Source: Phoronis australis (Eukaryota; Animalia; Phoronida). From it: 64,000 bases of DNA. A model generated the notes under the pieces. That model saw only the letters and a list, made by a program, of their open reading frames with translations, ran no database searches and was not told where the DNA came from. The stretch spans positions 138,930-202,929 of the forward strand of contig NMRA01000662.1 in NCBI GenBank assembly GCA_002633005.1, read 5' to 3'. Each line of letters starts with the position of its first letter. Within the stretch, counting starts at the first letter, position 1. Positions 51,691 to 60,700 of this stretch are shown piece after piece. The position numbers and the translations under genes are program-made.

Positions 51691-51784
51691 TTAGACACCA
51701 TTCACTCTTGGTAAGACCCAGCTCTGTGGTATTTTACTGCCCCCTGGTGTTCCTGGTGGAACTAGATACATATCCCATTGCCTC
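51691..51784 (-). CDS. PDCD7: PDCD7 last coding exon (RQWDMYLVPPGTPGGSKIPQSWVLPRVNGV*)
   Basis: (CT)n pyrimidine tract and ctgcag| acceptor; WDxYLVP and WVLP motifs. Confidence 0.9.
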
Positions 51785-54700
51785 CTGCAGAAAGAGAGAG
51801 AGAGAGATATACAGAACAGTAACACTTTCATGTGTTCAAGAATACAGCACAAGGACAATGGTTGTCTGAAGCCCACATTCAATCACCGGAAGACAGTGTA
51901 AATAACAAATTTCATTAAAGAGAAATTTCACCATTATTAAGCTGAGATTGCTGAATTCTTAACCAAAGCGATTTGGGGTTTGAAAACATTAACCCCTCAT
52001 CCAATCTGCAAGTGTTTGTGAATAAGCTCCCCCCAAGCACAAACAATGCAGACAAGGATCATTTTTGAATCCGCAATGCTAGAGTTGTCAAACCTCAATA
52101 AACTGTGAAGCATTTTATTGAGTCACTGATGGTCTCAATACTCTTGTTGGCAACAAAACTAAAACCCACAGTAAAGAATATGACTGATTTAATGAGAGTA
52201 AAAGGCTTAATTGGATTTTAGTTTTTCAACCAGTTAAACAGGGTGAATTACTGTTATAAGCAATTTGATTGTTTAATCAAAACTGATATCAATGAGTTCA
52301 GGAGGTGCAACTACTGCAATGGTGGAGAAATAACGTCCAACACAGGACTGAAGGAAATAACATTCAACACAGGTCTGAAGAAAATAACGTCAAACACAGG
52401 ACTGAAGGAAATAACGTCCAACACAAGACTGACGGAAATACGGAAATAACGTCCAACACAGGACTGAAAGAAATAACGTCCAACACAGGACTGAAGGAAA
52501 TAATGTCCAACACAGGACTGAAGGAAATAACGTCCAACACAGGACTGAAGGAAATAACGTCGTTGCTTAGTATGCAAAGTATCTCATCATCTTTCTCACC
52601 TTATGTTCACTAGAGACCGCAGATCCTGGTTGGCCTGTTTGTAATATTGGTCAAATGGATACATGGGGTCACTAGGCTTGATGTTAACTGTAAAAGCGAC
52701 AGTAACTAATCAACAACAGCTGTTTCAACCTACACCAATCTTCCATTAAACATTTCCACTTTTCACTATCCCAGCTTGAACAGAGAGGTGACAGTAATCT
52801 ACATGTAAACTCAATATGACCACACCAATACTATCACCTGTTTCTCAAATCACCACTCACCTCGTGGCCCAAACATTGCCCAGCGTGCCCTTCTCTCCCA
52901 ATCCTTTAGCTCGGCCTCCTCTCTCTTAGTGGCCCGATAGGTTTCCTTTCTCTCAGTCTCCTCTAACTCTGTCTCTAACATCACCTTTAATAAAGGTAAG
53001 GTCATAACATCACCTTTAATGACGATAAGGTCATTACATCACCTTTAATGAAGGTAAGGTCATAACATCACCTTTAATGAAGGTACGGTCATAACATCAC
53101 CTTTAATGAAGGTAGGGTCATAACATCACCTTCAACGAAGGTAAGGTCATAACATCACCTTCAATGAAGGTAAGGTCATAACATCACCTTCAATGAAGGT
53201 AGGGTCATAACATCCCCTTTAATGAAGGTAGGGTCTAACATCACCCTTAATGAAGGTACGGTCATAACATCACCCTTAATGAAGGTAAGGTCATAACATC
53301 ACCTTTAATGAAGGTAAGGTCATAACAACATGATGGGCAATACAGTTTAACAGACACAAAATGCACTTTAGGGATTAAAGTTATAGGCTTTGATCAGAGC
53401 TATATGACAATACAATCCGTTGTTTTTGGCGATTTTACTACGAAGCACCAATTCTAGTCATTCAATGCTAAACATTTGCTGAAAACAAGGCTGGTTACAA
53501 ACGCTTAAAATAGTTTGCCATTTACCAAGAGGGGTTTAGCTCTGGCAGAAGGGCTTTAGAATGCGACCGTAGGTTACAAGTTTGAAATGTACATCAAGGA
53601 TGATCTCAGAATGTTGCCTTCCTTTTAGATATTGTCCCTTTCAAAGTACAACACAACTTCCTATAACAGTACAACATAACTCCCTTTAACAGTACAACAT
53701 AACTCCCTTTAACAATACAACATAACTGCATAACCAGATCCATTATCATAATTTCTTCCTTAATTGAAATTAGTATCAAACCAGGGTACGCTATAACAAC
53801 ACAATGCACCAAAGAAGAAGAATGACAAATCTTACATAACCCAAGAAGTTTGTGCTAAAATTCAAATTAAACAATTTTTCCATGTTATGCACCAAAACAA
53901 ATCAAGATATTCTACATGGGCACCAAAAACTCCCCCAAACTGTGTTTCCTTGTATTCTCTAACTCTAACTGCGGAAAATTTAATCAAGGTCTCAGAAAAA
54001 ATTGAAACATAGTCAATCAAATGTCAACGACCTCAACTTGAACTCTGTCGGGCATATGAGGATAAACTCACACAAAGAATACAAGAGCAATGCAGGGCGT
54101 TGAAAAGCACCCACAAATGCTCCGCGAACGGTGTGCTTCTAGGGGTGTTTTCTTTCTATCATAAAAATGGCCACTACATGGTGCAAAATACGTTGAATCC
54201 ATCCGAAAATGGGATATGTCATTGCTTCTTTAATAGAAAGCTATTTATAAAATTTCATGAAAATCCGTCAGTCTGAAAAACAGAGGAAAACGGAAAAAAT
54301 GAAATTGCCCCCAATGGGCACAGCGTTGGTCGGATCTGTCTGAAAGTGGTTGTCATCATGCCTTGTCAACTTCATATAAATACACTTGCTAAATTTATCA
54401 AAGATCCTGCAGTGGGTTTAGGAGATAAGCTATGGCTGCAAAAAGAAACGCCAATAAGAGGCATCACAGTAGGCAAAGTCGTCAGAAAAACATCGTCAAC
54501 CGTCCTCTTCACACAAAATGTGCTGATTTTCACAACATTCTTTGAGAGGTTTGTTTGGTTGATTGAGAGGTGGACGCCAAAAACAGACTAGAAAACAGTA
54601 ACTAGAAAACAGTAAAAATGGCCACAATATGGCACAAAATATGTCAAATCCATCAGAAAGTGGGAAAATGTCATGATTGTTTCGTTAATAGAAAGCTATT

Positions 54701-57700
54701 TGCCAAATTTCATAAAAATCCATCAAGAAACTACAGAGAAATTGAGGAAAACAAAAAAGAAGAAATTGCCACTAGGGGGCAGAAGATTCGTCGAATCCAT
54801 CTGAAAGTTGTCCTCGTCTGTTGTCAACTTCATATAAATACAACTGCTAAATTTAACAAAGATCCTGCAGTGGGTTTAGGATATAGAGCTATGGGCGCAA
54901 AAAGAACATAACTGCCACTTCTGAGGCGCCACAGTAGTCAAAGTCTTCGGAAAATCATTGTCAACTGTCCTCTTCACACTAACAACACGTGCCAATTTTC
55001 ACATACTTAGTAAAAATGGCCACTTATTGGCGCAAAATACCTCAAATCCATCTGAAAACGAGAGGTTAGCGTCATCTCACTGATAGAAGCATATAGTCCA
55101 AATTTTATAAAAATCTGCTGAGGATCTCCGAAGATACAGAGGTAAGCGTAAAAAACTAAAATTGCCACTAGGAGGCACATCGGTAGTCGGATAGGTCTGA
55201 AATTCGTTGTCATCCGTCGTCAGCTGCGTAGGAGCACATCTGTCAAATCTCATCAAGATCCTGTGAGGGGTTTAGAAAATAGAGCTGCGGACGCCAGACA
55301 CTGGACGCCAGACAGAGATGGCGGCAATATGCATCCACTTACAAATACGTGTGCACAAAAAATTAGACAATTCCAATGTACTAGTTATACTTTGAGTGTG
55401 CATTCTTCATCCTCGTAAACGATACGTTGCTTCTTCATCAATTTCCCATAAGTCCTCAGTTTGGAGTCAAAGAGTTTGTCACTTTCAACTGGTGGATACA
55501 GACCTGCAACATTCCGTACAAGACAAGGACATCATCATTGTACAATCTGTCATCACATGGTTTTGTACAAGGAGATAAATATAGAAGAGTTGAAGTCACA
55601 TGGTTTACGATGAGCAGAGTGGTCCGCCATCGTAATGATGAACCAGTCAAGCTGCCTGTGTACTGTGTAGTATCAAGGAACTGGGAATCGGGTCCTCAGT
55701 AGCTCAGTGATGAGAGCACTAGACCGGCAATCCAGAGACCTGTGGTTCGATTCCCAGTTGGGGTTCCTGATTTTTCTGTGTTTATTTAATACATTTCACT
55801 ACTGGCCAACCTCAGCATCTATATATTTACTATATCTAATTAACACATACTGGTAAATTGCTGATTGTGTATATAATTGTCTAAATCCTGTGTGAAAAAG
55901 GCAAAACGCCGCTCGTGGGATGTATGACTTAACAGTTAGCATGACAGACATGTCTGTCTTGCCACTGGATTTATGATTGTATAAACTGACACCTAATCAC
56001 TTGAAAATTAGTCGGAAATATTGCTTCAAAATTTCTCCAATTTTTAACAAGAAAAAAATTCAGAAACATATTTTTTTTACTACTGTATACATTTCGTCTC
56101 CAGTACCACAATGCTTTGCTTCAGTCTTTGTAGTTACGCAGCATGGCTGTGTGTAGAATTAGTTTCAATTTCATGCTTACATCTTGAATAATCAGTGAGC
56201 ATCAAATGTTGTGTATCTCTGTGCCAGCACCCCACTTACAAAGATGAATCCTTGCCTATCACACTATGCATCTCCCTTTCTCCTGAGTGCCACCCTAGCA
56301 TACTACGTGACTTTCCCCACAGCGTCTCTCCACCATTCCACGCCATCATACTAGACAATCCCACAATGCTTTGCACCACCTAGCACTATCTGCATCCTTC
56401 CCAGCATGCAGTGCAGCACACTTACTGTGCTGTGCAGCCCTGTCCTTGCGTAGCCGCCTCAATTTCCTCAAACTGTCCAACAACTCTTCTACTCTGTCCA
56501 CATCAGCCATCTTCTTCCTGACTTGACTAAGAATTCTGTCCGCTTCGTCTTTAATGTCTTTTGCCTGGAAGGGAGACTTAACATCGTAAGAAGACAAGTT
56601 GTTGGTTGTGCAACCCCAGCTCATGCGTAGACAATGAAATAGGCTACATTCTAGCATGTCTTATCAACTCATTCATTCACTTCAACGTTAAACAAACCTT
56701 CATTTTTTCCAACTCGCAAGCATACTGCACAATCAGGTGTACGAGCCATGAATTGTTTGCACGAACCACTAAATCATCCACAAAATTCTTACACATCATA
56801 CAAAACTCGCCTGCACAAACCACTGAATCGTCCATACAATTCATACACATCATACAAAACTTGTCTGCATAAACCACTAGTCACTTACATACAATTTCTG
56901 TAATTCTTAATTACAATCACATTGAGAACCAAGTGACATCTCAGTAAAAACAGAAAATCGTATCAGGCCCTTTATGTGAGATGGCGGTGGGATAAGTGTC
57001 TGTTTCTTTTATTCCAGGTTGTAGGTTTGAGTCCCACTGGGGCACACTGCTAGACCCTTGAGTCAGGTCTCTAGCTCCTCAGCTCGGTTTTATGTACATA
57101 TTAATAAAGCATAAAACTGGTTACAGGTGATTATTGCAGAGGGTCCACATGTGCAGCCTTCACACGTCTGGTACAATGTGTACCAGAAAACCTGCAATAA
57201 TTTTTTTCTCTTATAATAAAATCAATTTTGTAACGTGTCTCACAGTGACAGGATTCTAGTTCTGTTACAAACTTAAGCAACAGGCAACACGAACGTACGC
57301 CATTTTCAAATTTGTAATTTTCGGGTTGGCCGACCCAATAAACTTTGAAGTTTTCTTGAGTGACTGATAGTTTCAATGTTGTTTTTGGCAACAGAAATGG
57401 AATGTGACAGTGGTAAGGAATACGATAAGGTTGATTTGTGAAATAAAAGGCCTTATGTTTTTAGAAACAGGACCAAATGCAACTTTCATTACCACAACCC
57501 AAAATACCGCAGCACCACCTATGGTTCTGTGGTATTCACCCACCCGAATGACACTTAGCCTACTAGTTGGATAGCAAAATTATATTGAATTTCAACATAG
57601 TGAAGTTTTACTGTTACACAGCAGGCTGAAATGCTGAAAACAAAAATTGATGGGTGGGAAACCATATATCTTCTTTTTCGTCGATTTTGTACACACAGGT

Positions 57701-60700
57701 CAAAATGCATATCACATTGTCTAGTGTAAGTATAAATGAAAATAACACATTGAAACTAGCATGCTCCACTCATACTGTAAGAAAACAAAAGATTGCTGAA
57801 TCAAACAGGGTGGCCATCTATTAAGAAACCCTGTCAACTAGTATTTCTCGTGAATTTTTCAGTTATAATGTAAGTATTTGAATGATTCGCTTGCTTAATT
57901 CAAAACATGGCTGCACGCACTACATGATGTATCTCTTTCTTGTTTATCTCCACTGAAAATGTTTAGAAGCCAAACTTTTAGAAAGCTGCATTGGCTAATC
58001 ATGCAGTGAGGCTTTCTCCCTCTGCGATGGAGCAGAGTTGAGTTGGGGATGAGATTATCATCAGAACATATTAAGTAATGTTCATATGAACTTAGACGTG
58101 TAACGTGTATCAAGCCACGAGACATGACCATAGACTCACATGTTTTATTTCTATGTCACGCTTTATCACATTCTGTCGATTCTCATCAATTTGTTGGTGT
58201 TTCTCTTCTCGATGCTCAGCCTTTTCCATGGCATCTTGGTAACGTTCTTTGCGCTGACGCTTTCGTCTTTCCTAGACCAACAGAAATAAAAGTATAAAAT
58301 AATTCAACTTTCAAATTGAAATATAAAGTTAAAGTGAACAGGAGACTTGACCATCCGTGAAGGGTATGTGACATAGCTTTGCCTGAATACAGGCGTCAGA
58401 GAACCTCCTGGTTGCCACCAATTCCAACACTGCCCACCCTAGTCACCAATTGTTTCATCTTTTCCCAGGTTACCACCTGTTGCACCCATACCTGGTTGTT
58501 GCCCATTTTACTCCCGACCTTTTTATAAGACTTTCTTGTATTTTCCATTGGATGCTACATTGTTTGAATTTTCCTTAATTTGTGTTCAAATCTGAAGAAG
58601 CAATTGGTCCCCATGACCATCCAATTAATGAGGTGTTCCAATTTCTATTGCAGCTCAATTAGAAGATTTCAAAATCTAATGAGAAATATATTTACAAGAG
58701 CAACGTGGAGCATTGAAATGCGCAGACAAATGTACCGCAAACGGTGTGCTTTTAGGATTGTTCATTTGTATCCTAAAAATGGCCACTAGATGGTGGAAAA
58801 ACGTCGAATCCATCCGAAAACGGGAACATGCCACCGCTTCTTAAATAGAAAGCTATTTACTAAATCTCGTTAAAATCTGTCAAGGAACTTCAGAGAAAAA
58901 AGGAAATTGCTACTAGGGGCACAGCATTCGTTGGATAAGCCTGAAAGTCGTCGTCGTCTGTTGTTAGCTTCATATCAATACACTTACAAAATTTAGTAAA
59001 GATCCTGCAGTGGATTTAGGTAATGCAGCTATGAGTGCAAAACAAAACAAACTACAACTAAGAGGCCCACAGTATTCACTCAAAAACAGCAAAAATGGCC
59101 ACGAGGTGGCGCAAAATACCTTGATTCCATACGAAAAGGGAACGATAGTGCCATCACACCAATAGATGCCTATATTACAAATTTTATGAAAATCCGTTGA
59201 GGACCTTTGGAGATATAGAGGTGAACTTAAAAAACTAAAATTGCCACTAGGGAGCACACTGGTAGTCAGATCCGTCCGAAAGTCGCTGTTGCTTGTTATC
59301 AACATCATATAAAAAATTGCTAAATTTAGTAGAAATCCTCATCATATAAAAAATTGCTAAATTTAGTAGAAATCCTCATCATATAAAAAATTGCTAAATT
59401 TAGTAGAAATCCTCAGTTTAGGAGATACAGCAATGGGAGTAAAAAAAAACAAACTGCCACTAGAGGCGCCACAGTAATTGAAGTCGTTGGAAAATCATCG
59501 TCAACCGTCCTCTTCATAGTAAAAACATACATGCCAATTTTCACAATCATCCTTAGAGCGGTTTGGTTGACAGAGGGTTGGATGCTAAAAACAGACTCGA
59601 AACTGTAATAATGGTCACTAGGTGGTGTAAACTATGCTGAATCCATCCCAAAACAGGAGGATAGCGTCATCTCACTAACAGAATCCTCTATGCCAAATTT
59701 TATAAAAATACGTTGACTACTTTTAAAGATACATTAGATAAACGTAAAAAATTAAATTGCCACTAGTGGGCACACCCGTAGTCGGATCCGTTTGAAAGTT
59801 TGCTCATGCACACATTTAGGGTATTGCACCTGTAAGTATAACACTTGAATCAAAGGGCAAATTTATTTGCATATAAGAAAAAGCCGAGTTATCTCTTACT
59901 ACACTGTCACCTGCTAATGCATCATTGATGTCCCACAAGAGTGATACAAACAAAGCTCAATAAAATTACTTGACTAAAGTCACTGTTTCAGAAAATGGAT
60001 GCTATAACCCTTAGTGGATGGTTTTTCCCTACAGCTGTCACCTCGCTTGCTGGTTTAACAGACTTTGTAAGATTTCAAAGTTATGAAGGTTGATAAGAGT
60101 CATAGAGCATTATTTTGTTTTAGACAGCTGACTAGGAGAGATGTTAATAACATGTTAATAGTTCCTACTTTAAGTGGTAATAATTGAAAAGTATCAACAA
60201 AGATAAAAACATGGAAAAACATCAAATTTTAGGCATGTAGTGCACTAAGGGAGGCTCGCCTGCTAATGTCCATGCACCAAATGCTTTGAAAAAACCCTCT
60301 TGCACTCCATGGACACACTAAAACCCAGAGCAGTGTTCTCCATCACCCATTTTAACAGGTCATTGCATCCTGTTTTGTCTTTAGCTCTCACATGTTTAAG
60401 TAACAGGCAACACAATTGATTCTTTTTCACTTAGAACAAAAAAGTATCATTTTTACGTGTTCGCTATGACATGCACCGTGCTGCACACTGTCTTAGAGTC
60501 AAGAGGCTGTAAACGCGACATGTTTGAAGTTTTGAGTGTGCAGAACACTGCGGGGTATTTCCGCAAGTGACTTACCCTCCTCTTTCTCTGACTTTGCACA
60601 GCCTTATGTAGACTGGGGAGATCAACGGACTGATGAAACTGTCTCGTCACTTTAACAAGATCACTCTATTTGGGAAATATTGAATTACAAAATATATTAA

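Noticed and set aside
52985-55390. Possible U12-type intron in PDCD7 (GTAT start, CCTTAC close to the AG)
   Set aside because: The donor is GTATAACT rather than GTATCCTT and the branch site lacks TCCTTAAC, so it is treated as a weak U2 intron.
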